A stretch of DNA of 31,331 nucleotides, taken from positions 1 to 31,331 of the forward strand of contig JBGSUI010000124.1 in NCBI GenBank assembly GCA_041736175.1. Reading direction: 5' to 3'. Each line of letters begins with the position of its first letter. The first letter of the stretch is position 1. Under the pieces are notes generated by a model. The model had not been told where the DNA came from and did not search any database. It was given only the letters and a program-made list of their open reading frames with translations. Shown piece by piece: positions 1-9,192 of the stretch. This DNA comes from Oligoflexales bacterium (GTDB lineage Bacteria; Bdellovibrionota_B; Oligoflexia; Oligoflexales; CAIYRB01). The translations under genes and the position numbers were made by a program.

Positions 1-138
1 GATCAATCCTTAAAAGCAACGACCTTGATGCCTATTGGAAATATCATATTGAGCAGGAGTTTTGTAGAAATCATGTAAAGAAATTCTCTAACTCAATGAA
101 ATTCATCAGAAAATCATTGTAAAAAAACTACTGCACCC
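1..138 (+). mobile_element. Right end of a probable ISKra4-family insertion sequence (transposase C-terminus plus terminal repeat); remainder lies outside the window
   Basis: Frame 3..122 reads SILKSNDLDAYWKYHIEQEFCRNHVKKFSNSMKFIRKSL*, resembling the ISKra4 transposase C-terminal pattern (LRxxxxNGDxDxYWxxHxxxExxRxH). It is followed by ...ACTACTGCACCC (ends 138), like the CACCC termini of these elements. The adjacent gene breaks off here. Confidence 0.7.
3..122 (+). CDS. Transposase C-terminal fragment (partial, 5' end outside window)
   Basis: Open frame from the window edge to TAA at 120..122; motif DLDAYWKYHIEQEFCRNH. Too short and start-less for the ORF track. Confidence 0.65.
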   Translation, partial: SILKSNDLDAYWKYHIEQEFCRNHVKKFSNSMKFIRKSL

Positions 139-974
139 ATAATAATTCCATTATTATATTTATCTTTCTCGTTATCTTTTTTGGAAGCTGATTTTTTGGC
201 AAAATTAAGGCCGACCGAATCATTGAGGAGATGAATACCTTCTTCCCGTGCAAGGGTTAAAATGGAGGTCTTACCAAACTCATTGAGAAGATATACTTCT
301 TTTTGAAGACCTAAAAGTTTATTGGGCTCGTTCTGGAGGTTGTTGTCCTGGCTCAAGACAGTATCGGTGCCCATTTTGATGGAAAAGAGGAGCGGCATAT
401 TATTATTTTTTTGTTGATCGTTGATTACGAAAAGCGAGCGCGACATGCTGCGAAAGGCATTTAAATTAAGGTAATCGATTTTGGTCCCGCTTGCGAACAT
501 TTCGACTAAAGGTGGCTTTTGGACTGTATCAGGGTGATAGGGGATGATCATCGAGCAGTTGTCTCCAGTTTTCTTTTTAGAAAAATAGGTTGCTAAATTC
601 TCGTAGCTTGCGTCCCCCTTTGGCCTAGGTTCGTGCTTTTGAATGACAGTCTCGAGTTCCAACGCACCCGAAGGAACTTCCACATAAGGAACCTTTACGG
701 TATCCCAACCCTTTAATTCAGCCGTTGCTGCTCGATCGGCACTTACGGTGATCAAAGCTCGCTGAAAGTCAGAGAGTTCTCGTAGCCATTTTATAGATTT
801 CGCATCCCCAATGGGGTAGTTTCCAGAAATTTCTTTAAACTTAATCTGATAAATATCAGATGCAAGACCTTTTGTAGCGGAGTCATTTGAGGTTAATGGA
901 GGGGAGCGGTGGCATGAAAAGAGTGAAACCAAACAAAATATTAGCTTGTATGTCATAAATTTAGGATCTCCCAT
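114..974 (-). pseudogene. Lipoprotein with IucA/IucC-like N-terminal motifs, probably truncated by the IS at ~138
   Basis: Signal LIFCLVSLFSC; motifs IPYHPD, SMSRSLF and FSIKMGT. The last residues (GAVVFLQ*) are read from the IS terminus GGGTGCAGTAG. Confidence 0.55.
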
Positions 975-1021
975 GTTTTTGAATGTAGCATGGCTATAAA
1001 AAATCGACTTTGCCTACATCC

Positions 1022-1037
1022 AGCAATATTCGTGCTA
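1022..1037 (-). promoter_or_regulatory. Possible sigma54 -24/-12 promoter (variant)
   Basis: Minus strand TAGCACGAATATTGCT versus consensus TGGCAC-N5-TTGCW; one of the conserved GG bases is an A. Lies 47 bp upstream of the ATG at 974. Confidence 0.3.
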
Positions 1038-1049
1038 ACTGGGTGTGAA

Positions 1050-1073
1050 GTCAAAATCGGCAATAATTTTGAC
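1050..1073. promoter_or_regulatory. Inverted repeat GTCAAAAT-N8-ATTTTGAC, candidate operator
   Basis: Perfect 8-bp arms in the 975..1160 intergenic region. Confidence 0.35.
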
Positions 1074-1160
1074 CAAAAGGTCGTTTCAATCCCTGTTTAA
1101 AGCTTGCTCAGGTGAACCATGTTCCAATGATTTTATCCATGGAATAAAGTCTAAAATTGT

Positions 1161-2078
1161 TTAGCATCGACAGCTACAGCCATCCTTATCCTGGATCCAA
1201 CCAGGGCTTCCGGCATGACAGCCGTATTCACCCTGGTTATGCCATTCCCAGGCTCCTGAGCAGTAAACTAGGCTGACACAAGCTGGGTAATCAGAGGTAG
1301 AAAGTTGGGGTAGTGATGAGGTGGTGGCCCCTGGTGATTGCGTAGGAGCCGTTGTCGGCATGGCAAAACCAGTCCCTTGGGAATTGGGAGTGCCAAAACC
1401 GGCCTCTGGAAAGAAACCACCGCTGGTCTCATCGCTAACCTCTCTGCCAAAAGCACCAGAGTTTTGTGGCAAGGCACCCTGCATTCCAGGGGAGCCACTA
1501 ACCGGTTGAGAAGGTGACTGGGTTGTCACTCCACCAGTAGGGCAGGTCGCACCGGGGGTGATCTGATAGCCCCCGCTTGGATTTTTGCCTTCAAAAAGGC
1601 TTTGGAAGGGCCTTTTTGCAATATCCATCTGAGGGTATCCAGGTCCCTTGCTATTGATTTTTTTCAAGGAATTACTTTTATCACTATAGGTTTGCCCACC
1701 CGCTCCATCGTTTTCCCAGATGCGGTCCACGACGATAAAGTTTTCACATTGACCCTGGTAGGTGATTGTAAAAATACTATTGCAGGCCAGTTGACCTGAA
1801 GGGGGGGTGTTTGCATCATAAAGACTACCAAATGACTTACCGTCCAAACCTGCGATCCAGCGGCCATTGACCTGTTCAGCTCCCGAGTAGGTCTTATAGG
1901 GTTGGCACTGATAGCTATCAAAATCCCCCATACTGAGTCGCCCCGAAATCCGCGCTCCGGAGTCTACAGCCATCACTTCCGAACTGATTTCGGTCGCTGT
2001 CTGATGACAGCCCAGAACCTGCTGATAGGAAGGTGAGGATAAAGTCCGCTGGGCATACTCAAAAAGATAAGGTATCAT
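1161..2078 (-). CDS. Modular protein: DPBB (RlpA/expansin/loosenin-like) domain, S/T/P/G/Q linker, Cys/Trp-rich CBM10-like tail; start uncertain
   Basis: WIAGLDGKSF...ACNSIFTITYQG...VVDR...MDIAKRPFQSL follows the DPBB pattern. A long low-complexity linker precedes YPACVSLVYCSGAWEWHNQGEYGC...CSCRC. Confidence 0.55.
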   Translation of the reverse strand: MIPYLFEYAQRTLSSPSYQQVLGCHQTATEISSEVMAVDSGARISGRLSMGDFDSYQCQPYKTYSGAEQVNGRWIAGLDGKSFGSLYDANTPPSGQLACNSIFTITYQGQCENFIVVDRIWENDGAGGQTYSDKSNSLKKINSKGPGYPQMDIAKRPFQSLFEGKNPSGGYQITPGATCPTGGVTTQSPSQPVSGSPGMQGALPQNSGAFGREVSDETSGGFFPEAGFGTPNSQGTGFAMPTTAPTQSPGATTSSLPQLSTSDYPACVSLVYCSGAWEWHNQGEYGCHAGSPGWIQDKDGCSCRC

Positions 2079-2087
2079 GCGCGGCCT

Positions 2088-4082
2088 ATGCGTATTTTAT
2101 TGCTCACACCCCCGATGACCCAACTCAACACCCCGTACCCAGCGACGGCCTATCTCACTGCGTTTTTGCGCAGCCGTGGCTACGATGCAGTTCAGGCCGA
2201 TCCAGCGATCGACTTGATTCATAGGCTCTTTTGTCCGGCAGGTTTAGAGAGCATACGAGGTGAGCTTAAGCCTTCTAAAGACCACCCCAGCGTGGACTTT
2301 TTCCTAGATCATTTCCAGCAATATCAAAGGACTGTCGGTGCGGTGATGGGGTTTCTGCAAAACCAGGATCCGACCCTGGCAATGCGACTAACCAGCCCCG
2401 ACTTCCTACCCCAAGGGGGGCGATTTAAGGCCTTTGATCAGTTGGCGATGGTCCAGTGGGCAAGCCAGGGGGCTCCTGGGGATGGACCCGAGCCCGGACA
2501 AGACCCCCTTGAGTGGGCTTTCGGTCGCCTTGGACTCCATGACCGGGCCAAATATCTTTGCAGCCTTTATCTCGATGACTTGGCGGATGTGGTCCATCAG
2601 GGGATAGACCCCCATTTTCAGCTTTCTCGCTATGGCGACCGCCTTGCGGCGAGCGAGCCAAGTTTTGAACCTCTCGTTCAGGAACTCCATAACCCCCGTC
2701 CCAGTCTGATCGCCCGCGTCCTAGACACGATGATGGGAGAACTTCTAGACCAGCATAAACCCCAGGTCGTTGGCTTTACCGTCCCCTTTCCTGGCAATAT
2801 GTTAGGGGCTTTGCGCCTCGCCCAAGGGGTGAGACAGCGCAGCCCCGGTATCAAGACTCTTCTCGGTGGTGGTTACATCAATACCGAATTAAGGCAGCTT
2901 AAAGATCCAAGGCTTTTTGATTACTTTGACTATATAACCTTCGACGATGGGGAGGCGCCTCTCCTTGGAGTTTTAGAGTCTATAGCTAAACATAGCAATG
3001 TTAGCAGCGATATGAGTGGTGAGCCAACCCCGCTTTTGCGGACCATGGTTCGGGGTGAGTCGGGGCAGGTCCTGTGGCAGACCACATCTCACCTCCATGA
3101 TATCCCCCAAGGAAACCTTCCTGCCCCAACCTACGATGGTTTACCCCTGCACAGGTATCTATCTGTTGTGGAAATGCTTAACCCCATGCATCGACTTTGG
3201 TCGGATGGGAGGTGGAATAAACTCACCCTTGCCCACGGTTGTTATTGGCGGCAGTGCAGCTTTTGTGATGTCACCCTTGATTATATAGGGCGCTATGAGG
3301 AGTCTAAGGCCGACCAATTGGTCGACCGTATGGTCGCCTTGATCAAAGAGACCGGCCAATCGGGATTTCATTTTGTTGACGAAGCCTGCCCCCCAAAAGT
3401 CTTGGCGGCTTTGAGCCAACGACTTTTAGACCGCGGAGTGGTGGCGAGCTGGTGGGGCAATATCCGCTTCGAAAAGAGTTTTAACCAAAATTTAGTCGAT
3501 AAAATGCGCCAATCTGGTCTCGTGGCCGTCAGTGGTGGCTTGGAAGTGGCTAGCGATCGGCTTTTAGAAAAGATGAAAAAAGGGGTGACTGTCGAACAGG
3601 TGGCAAAGGTCGCAGGAAATTTTGCGGAGGCGGGAATCCTGGTGCATGCCTATCTTATGTACGGATTTCCGACCCAAACCGTCCAAGAGACTGTGGATTC
3701 TCTGGAAAGGGTGCGGCAGCTGTTTGCTGAAGGCTGTATCCATTCAGCTTTTTGGCACCGGTTTGCATGCACGATCCATAGTCCTATAGGTCGCGACCCA
3801 AAAGCCTATGGCATCACCCTGACACAAAAGCCGGATGTCACCTTTGCAACCAATGACGTCCCTTTTCACGATCCAACCGGAGTTGATCATGACGGCCTCG
3901 GAGTGGGTTTACGAAAAGCTGTTTACAACTATATGCACGGACTCGGTTTAGATGAGGACGTGAGGGCCTGGTTTGATATGAAAGTCCCGAAGGCAAAGGT
4001 GGCTAAAGACCTGGTGGCCCGAGCGGTCAGTGGCGGTCCAGGCCCTAGAAAAAACCCGGAGTTTTATGAGTATCGATGCTAA
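2088..4082 (+). CDS. B12-binding domain-containing radical SAM protein
   Basis: CxxxCxxC in HGCYWRQCSFC; N-terminal TPPMTQLNTPYPATAYL; cobalamin-domain-like GFTVPFPG and LGGGY; FHFVDEA, GGLEVAS and HAYLMYGFP. Confidence 0.92.
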   Translation: MRILLLTPPMTQLNTPYPATAYLTAFLRSRGYDAVQADPAIDLIHRLFCPAGLESIRGELKPSKDHPSVDFFLDHFQQYQRTVGAVMGFLQNQDPTLAMRLTSPDFLPQGGRFKAFDQLAMVQWASQGAPGDGPEPGQDPLEWAFGRLGLHDRAKYLCSLYLDDLADVVHQGIDPHFQLSRYGDRLAASEPSFEPLVQELHNPRPSLIARVLDTMMGELLDQHKPQVVGFTVPFPGNMLGALRLAQGVRQRSPGIKTLLGGGYINTELRQLKDPRLFDYFDYITFDDGEAPLLGVLESIAKHSNVSSDMSGEPTPLLRTMVRGESGQVLWQTTSHLHDIPQGNLPAPTYDGLPLHRYLSVVEMLNPMHRLWSDGRWNKLTLAHGCYWRQCSFCDVTLDYIGRYEESKADQLVDRMVALIKETGQSGFHFVDEACPPKVLAALSQRLLDRGVVASWWGNIRFEKSFNQNLVDKMRQSGLVAVSGGLEVASDRLLEKMKKGVTVEQVAKVAGNFAEAGILVHAYLMYGFPTQTVQETVDSLERVRQLFAEGCIHSAFWHRFACTIHSPIGRDPKAYGITLTQKPDVTFATNDVPFHDPTGVDHDGLGVGLRKAVYNYMHGLGLDEDVRAWFDMKVPKAKVAKDLVARAVSGGPGPRKNPEFYEYRC

Positions 4083-5952
4083 TCTCTCGACCCTATCTAG
4101 GTCGCTGTGTGCCAGAGCTCCCCATGCCGACCAAATCTACGACCCAAGGTGGACCCCTCCAGAGTCTGCTGTCCGAGGACTTTTGGAGTTGTTGGCCGAC
4201 CCTGATGGGGATCTTGTCGCAGCAGTCACCCGCCGGCTTGAATCCCAACTCAAAAAAGCAACCCAACAAGCTCTCGAGATTTTTCCGACCTCGGTCCGAC
4301 TCCAGCGGGCCCGGCTCCTAACTCTGATGATTCAGGGGGCCGAAGCCGGTTACGAGCGAGACAGGGTGGCTGACCAAATCAAGAGGTGTTTTGATGTTGG
4401 GGACTTAAAAACCAAAGTCACAGCACTCCAAAGTGGAAATCTGGGCGCGGCAAGTCCTGACCCCGGGACGAGATCCCTTGCGTCCCATTTATTAGGTGCC
4501 TGGGAGCGGGAGGCTAAACCTATGGCGGGGAGTCTGTGGCGCGCCTATGTAAGAGGGATGCTTAAGCTCGCTGATCCCATATGTCTACCTGTGTTGCAAG
4601 GGACGCCCACTCAGTTTGCAGTGGTTAGGACTCCCCAAGAAGAGCGGCAAAACCAAGATCTGGCCACCAAGGCACTAGCTATTGTCATGCGGGATCAGGT
4701 TCGAAGGGATCTAGGCACAACCGATCAGGCCGTGGACTCTAGGTCACTGCTGCCAATGCCCGAAGGTTGGGGGCTGTTGTTGGGTTGCCGTCCAGGGCTT
4801 GAAAGTTTATTAAACGACGAGTGGTTTTGTAGAGGGCTCTCGCCCCTTTGTAAGGTACAGCCATTGGCGCATCCGTCTGTAAATAAAATCCAAAAAGGTT
4901 TTGTTTTTTGGAATGGTGGGGACTTAGCCCGGACCTCGCCCCATTTGACTTGGGCCAAGCTAGGTTCTTTGCGTCTGATGGATAAGGTCGGACTTTGGTG
5001 GCCTCTAGGTTTGGAACCATCCCCGTCCGGAGATCGCGGAAAGGACGTGAACTCTGGAAAAATGCCCTCTTGTTTACCAGCTGTGTGGTCCCGAGAGTTT
5101 TTAAGGCCAGAGGTCCGCGCTTTTTTCGCACGCATCCTGCCTGGGCCCCAGCGGTTTCGCATCCATGCCCCAAACTGGAGCGAACCGCAACTCTGGTCAA
5201 TGGTCAATCACCTGCAGAAGTCGTTCCATCCTAAATCTTTTTCGGATTCGAGATTTGGTAAAGACTCGCAAAAAAACCTTTGGCTCAACGATCCTCGCGA
5301 TGCTGATTGGGAATTCCAATGGCTCTCCCACCAAGGTCAATGGGGCTTTCTCCTGGTGCCGCGCCTTGCCGTCCTAAACCGGTTTTCTTACCGGGTGGAT
5401 GCAGTTCCTGCTTCCTCCCACGGCCCCATCGCGGCCGCATTGGTACGACTCGCCGCTCCCCAACCCCACGAGGTGATTTGGGATCCTTTTTGTGGGGCAG
5501 GTACGGAGCTTTTGGAGTGTGCCCTCGCTGCTCCTCAAGTGACAGCCTATGGCACAGACCTTGATCCTAAAGCCATCGAAGCAGCCCACCGCAATGGTGA
5601 GGCCTTAGAGCGGGGTTTTCCAGGAATGACAAAGAACATCACCTGGCTGGTCCAAGATGCGGCACAGTATAACGAAGGACCACCATCACTTACCATAACC
5701 AATCCACCCCTTGGACGCCGAGTTCATCGACACTCCATTAAAGAATTCTACCAGACTGTGGTTCCAGGGGTTCTAAACAAAATTCCCCATGGGGGGCGTC
5801 TCATCTGGATCACTCCTTTTCAGCAGATCACCGATCTGCTTTTAAAGGATCATGGATTCACCCTAGAGACTCGTATCAGGGTGGATTTAGGCGGCTTTGA
5901 ATGTGAGATGCAGCGGGCTTTTAAATCTAACGATTCCAATAGGGAGAATTGA
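4066..5952 (+). CDS. Class I SAM-dependent methyltransferase (UPF0020/Trm11-Trm14-like C-terminal domain) with a long helical N-terminal region
   Basis: WDPFCGAGTELLE (motif I), GTDLD and ITNPPLG (NPPx motif IV). ATG 4066 follows GGAG and overlaps the radical SAM gene by 17 bp; the ORF track start is 4030. Confidence 0.8.
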   Translation: MSIDANLSTLSRSLCARAPHADQIYDPRWTPPESAVRGLLELLADPDGDLVAAVTRRLESQLKKATQQALEIFPTSVRLQRARLLTLMIQGAEAGYERDRVADQIKRCFDVGDLKTKVTALQSGNLGAASPDPGTRSLASHLLGAWEREAKPMAGSLWRAYVRGMLKLADPICLPVLQGTPTQFAVVRTPQEERQNQDLATKALAIVMRDQVRRDLGTTDQAVDSRSLLPMPEGWGLLLGCRPGLESLLNDEWFCRGLSPLCKVQPLAHPSVNKIQKGFVFWNGGDLARTSPHLTWAKLGSLRLMDKVGLWWPLGLEPSPSGDRGKDVNSGKMPSCLPAVWSREFLRPEVRAFFARILPGPQRFRIHAPNWSEPQLWSMVNHLQKSFHPKSFSDSRFGKDSQKNLWLNDPRDADWEFQWLSHQGQWGFLLVPRLAVLNRFSYRVDAVPASSHGPIAAALVRLAAPQPHEVIWDPFCGAGTELLECALAAPQVTAYGTDLDPKAIEAAHRNGEALERGFPGMTKNITWLVQDAAQYNEGPPSLTITNPPLGRRVHRHSIKEFYQTVVPGVLNKIPHGGRLIWITPFQQITDLLLKDHGFTLETRIRVDLGGFECEMQRAFKSNDSNREN

Positions 5953-5955
5953 CGA

Positions 5956-6744
5956 GTGGATGTCTCGCTCCTAGAGTCCGAACCAATCAAGCAGCTCAAG
6001 GACCAAGTCAGAACCCATAAAATCTATCAGGTCCTGACCAATTTAGACAACCTACGCAAGTTTATGGGTCTTCACGTCTTTGCCGTCTGGGACTTTATGA
6101 GCCTTCTCAAAAGTCTACAGAAAGACCTCTGCGGGACTTCACTGCCCTGGACGCCGAGTCCGCATCCTCGGGCCGCACGGTTTATCAACCAACTGATGAT
6201 CGACGAGGAAACGGACCTCGGCCCTGGAGGGAACTATCTCAGTCATTTCGAGCTTTACCTCCAAGCGATGGCCGAGATCGGCAGTGACACGGGTCCTGTC
6301 TTAGAATGGATCCATGGTCCCGCTGTCCGGCAGATGCGGGCTTGTTCGTGGAGTGAGAATCAGGGTGACCTATCTTCTTTGACTGAGTCTCTACCGGATG
6401 GGGCGAAGGAGTTTGTCTACACGACCCTTCAAGTGTTAGCCGCTCCCCTTCCAGTGCGGGCCGCGGTTTTTTTCCATGGGCGTGAAGATGTGATACCCGG
6501 AATGTTTCTCCAGGTGGTGCAGCGCACCCCTTCGCAGGGTCTGGGCTCCTGTCATCTTTTTGTGGATTATCTTAAACGGCATATCACCATGGACCAAGAA
6601 GTCCACGGCCCACTGGCTCAAGGTTTACTGACAGAGATCTTCGAAAATCAAACGAGTTTGATAGGTGAAGCCCAAAAGGCCATCGTCGCTGCATTACGCG
6701 CGCGACTCAGCCTGTGGGACGCAGTGGTGAGAATCGTCAGCTAA
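5956..6744 (+). CDS. DUF3050-family protein (heme-oxygenase-like fold, putative diiron enzyme)
   Basis: HVFAVWDFMSLLKSLQ, DEETD, SHFELYLQAM, GREDVIP and RHITMDQEVHGP; starts 3 bp after the upstream stop. Confidence 0.85.
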   Translation: MDVSLLESEPIKQLKDQVRTHKIYQVLTNLDNLRKFMGLHVFAVWDFMSLLKSLQKDLCGTSLPWTPSPHPRAARFINQLMIDEETDLGPGGNYLSHFELYLQAMAEIGSDTGPVLEWIHGPAVRQMRACSWSENQGDLSSLTESLPDGAKEFVYTTLQVLAAPLPVRAAVFFHGREDVIPGMFLQVVQRTPSQGLGSCHLFVDYLKRHITMDQEVHGPLAQGLLTEIFENQTSLIGEAQKAIVAALRARLSLWDAVVRIVS

Positions 6745-6798
6745 CAATGGTCCTATCACATTGATGGATCGTTTAAGATCGCCCACACCGAGGTCCCC

Positions 6799-8136
6799 AT
6801 GGATGCCCAAGACTTGATCCTCAATCCACCCCACGACTTGGCAAAGCCGGTTTCGTCCGGGATCCAGACCACGGATCTCACTGGGAAAAGCTACCAAGAA
6901 GGCACGTCCTGGGCTGTCGCCCTGACCGTTGGCCTTTCGGCCTTGGGGTATTTTATCGATGTTTTTGATCTATCGATTTTTGGAGTGGTGAGGCTGGAAA
7001 GCCTCAAAGACCTCAACCCAGTCGGCATCGCCCCCTCCATGGCCCAGGGTGTTACCCTGATCAACCTACAAGTGTTTGGCATGCTCCTAGGAAGCCTCTT
7101 TTGGGGAATGTTAGGAGACTTAAAAGGGCGTACTCTGGTGCTGATCGGCTCGCCACTGGTCTATGCAGCAGCCAATCTTGGGAACGGCTGGGTTGACTAC
7201 CTATGGCAGTATCAGGTTTTGCGTTTTATAGCTGGATTTGGTTTGGCCGGTGAGCTTGGAGCGTCGATCACACTGATCGCCGAAATTATGTCCCCTAAAA
7301 AGCGCGGCTATGGCACAACCGTAGTGGCCACCATGGGGATTCTTGGAGGTCTAACGGCAACCCTTGCAGGTGGAGCTCTCCCTTGGCGCCAAACCTACAT
7401 CCTCGGTGGAGTGATGGGTCTCACTTTGGTCCTTCTTCGTCTAGGGCTTTTGCCATGGACTTTGCGAGGGCATGGCAATAGGCGGCACCTTAAAAATCAT
7501 AATCTCCGGGGTCTCTGGCAGCTTATCGCCATTCCTTCGGTAGTAAAGAGGTTTGTCTTTTGTATCTTACTAGGTATGCCCATTTGGTTTGTGATTGGTG
7601 TCGTGACACCCTTTACCCCTGAGCTTGCCCAGTCTTTGGGGATTAACGAAACAGTCACCGCGGGGGTCGGAATTTTTTATTGTTCCATAGGTGTCGCTCT
7701 TGGAGATGTTGCGAGCGGTCTTCTTAGCCAATGGCTGCGCTCCCGCAAAAAAGTGGTTTTTTGTTTTCTTGGTTTATTAGGGGCGAGCTTTATCACGATT
7801 GCAAGTCAAGTCCTCTCGTCCGCGAGAGGACTCTATGGGATTTGTTTTGTTCTGGGGTTGGGAGCGGGCTATTGGGCGATCCTTGTCACCATGTCTGCTG
7901 AGCAGTTTGGCCGTGATGTCCGTACTACTGTGGCCACAACAGTTCCCAATTTTGTGAGGGCCTCGGTGATACCCATGTCGCTTTTGACCGCCCAAACGGT
8001 AAGCTATTGGGGGCTTATGCCATCCATGATGACCATGGGGGGGATTGCACTGCTATTAGCCACTGGTGCACTTTGGAGTCTGGTGGAAACCTATGGCCGT
8101 GATTTGGATTTTTGTGAATCAGACCCTGTCCGATAA
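6799..8136 (+). CDS. MFS transporter
   Basis: About 12 hydrophobic segments; motif A GMLGDLKGR; LGYFIDVFDL, GFGLAGELGA and AEQFG; GAGG RBS. Confidence 0.9.
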   Translation: MDAQDLILNPPHDLAKPVSSGIQTTDLTGKSYQEGTSWAVALTVGLSALGYFIDVFDLSIFGVVRLESLKDLNPVGIAPSMAQGVTLINLQVFGMLLGSLFWGMLGDLKGRTLVLIGSPLVYAAANLGNGWVDYLWQYQVLRFIAGFGLAGELGASITLIAEIMSPKKRGYGTTVVATMGILGGLTATLAGGALPWRQTYILGGVMGLTLVLLRLGLLPWTLRGHGNRRHLKNHNLRGLWQLIAIPSVVKRFVFCILLGMPIWFVIGVVTPFTPELAQSLGINETVTAGVGIFYCSIGVALGDVASGLLSQWLRSRKKVVFCFLGLLGASFITIASQVLSSARGLYGICFVLGLGAGYWAILVTMSAEQFGRDVRTTVATTVPNFVRASVIPMSLLTAQTVSYWGLMPSMMTMGGIALLLATGALWSLVETYGRDLDFCESDPVR

Positions 8137-8158
8137 TTCTCTTAGGAGTTTTTTCACT

Positions 8159-8974
8159 TTAATCGGGATAAATGGGCTTTTTTCGAGTCAATGCAGCTTC
8201 CACTGAAGTTTTCAGATCGATAGACATCAGCATACCCGCATTCCATGTGGCGACATATTCGAGCCCCTCACGGACCCCATGATCTCGACTAAAGTTAAGG
8301 ATCTGTTTAGTGCCGCGAACTGCTAGTGGGGCTTTTTCGGCGATCAAAGCTGCCTGTTCCCTTGCTAAAGCGAGCAGACTTTGGTGGTCAGCACTCAATT
8401 CGTTGAGCAGTCCAGCATCCAAGGCGGCCTGGGCTGTGTACACTTTGCCCGTAAGGGCCCATTCTCTGGCGCGGCCTTCGCCAATGATTCGCGGCAACCG
8501 CTGCAGGGTCCCAATATCGGCCACTATACCAAGATCCACTTCTTTGACAGCAAAAGTGGCATCCGTGCTCCCATAGCGCCAATCACAGGCGGTGATAAGG
8601 TCAATCCCGCCTCCAAAACACACACCTTGGATGGCTGCGATCACCGGTTTACGGCAGGTCTCGATCATCGTAAAGCTATCTTGAAGGGAACGAATAAGTC
8701 CGAATAGATACTCTTGGCGTCGACCCTCAGCTAAAGATTCGATGCGATGGGTGATGCTTTGGATCAATTCAAAATCAATCCCGCTGCAAAAACGGCTCCC
8801 CTCGCTGCGCAAAACTACGGCCCGAACGTCGGGAGTTTCGTCAGCCCAGCGAAAAGCGGCCCCTATCTCAAACCACAATTTTTCGTTTAGAGCGTTAGCT
8901 TTTTCCGGACGATTGAGGCTGACTTCAGCCACTTTTTGGGAGTGTGTGATCTTTAAGAATTCAAAATCGGGCAT
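8159..8974 (-). CDS. Enoyl-CoA hydratase/isomerase (crotonase; delta3,5-delta2,4-dienoyl-CoA isomerase-like)
   Basis: LNRPEKANAL, FCSGID, KPVIAAIQGVCFGGGIDL and EVDLGIVADIGTLQRLP; GAGGTG RBS. Confidence 0.92.
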   Translation of the reverse strand: MPDFEFLKITHSQKVAEVSLNRPEKANALNEKLWFEIGAAFRWADETPDVRAVVLRSEGSRFCSGIDFELIQSITHRIESLAEGRRQEYLFGLIRSLQDSFTMIETCRKPVIAAIQGVCFGGGIDLITACDWRYGSTDATFAVKEVDLGIVADIGTLQRLPRIIGEGRAREWALTGKVYTAQAALDAGLLNELSADHQSLLALAREQAALIAEKAPLAVRGTKQILNFSRDHGVREGLEYVATWNAGMLMSIDLKTSVEAALTRKKPIYPD

Positions 8975-9174
8975 AAAACACCTCGTAGGGACGTTACAGT
9001 TAAAAATCGACTCCGTCCATTAAAACCAAATTTGCTTTCTTTGGCAAGGTGAGAACGCTCACGATATTTTTTTTTAAAACCATCCAATTGGGTTTTTGGC
9101 TGACCTAAGTGTCGACAGACTTTTTGTCTTATCTATAGGCACTTGATTTGAAGTGGGAGATTTTTCTCTTGTAA

Positions 9175-9188
9175 TCATCTTAAGATGA
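9175..9188. promoter_or_regulatory. Perfect 14-bp palindrome TCATCTTAAGATGA adjacent to the sigma54 site
   Basis: Read directly; ends 4 bp before the -24 element. Confidence 0.4.
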
Positions 9189-9192
9189 GTCG

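Noticed and set aside
121..138. Shared ACTGCACC between the IS end and the 21-bp cassette duplication
   Set aside because: Only 8 bp, and the duplication copy is ordinary peptidase coding sequence; probably chance. ISKra4 ends do not resemble the TGATAT TIRs.
1161..1300. Cys-rich tail as a RiPP precursor for the adjacent radical SAM
   Set aside because: It is a domain of a 305-aa modular protein, and no RRE/SPASM features or short precursor ORF were seen.
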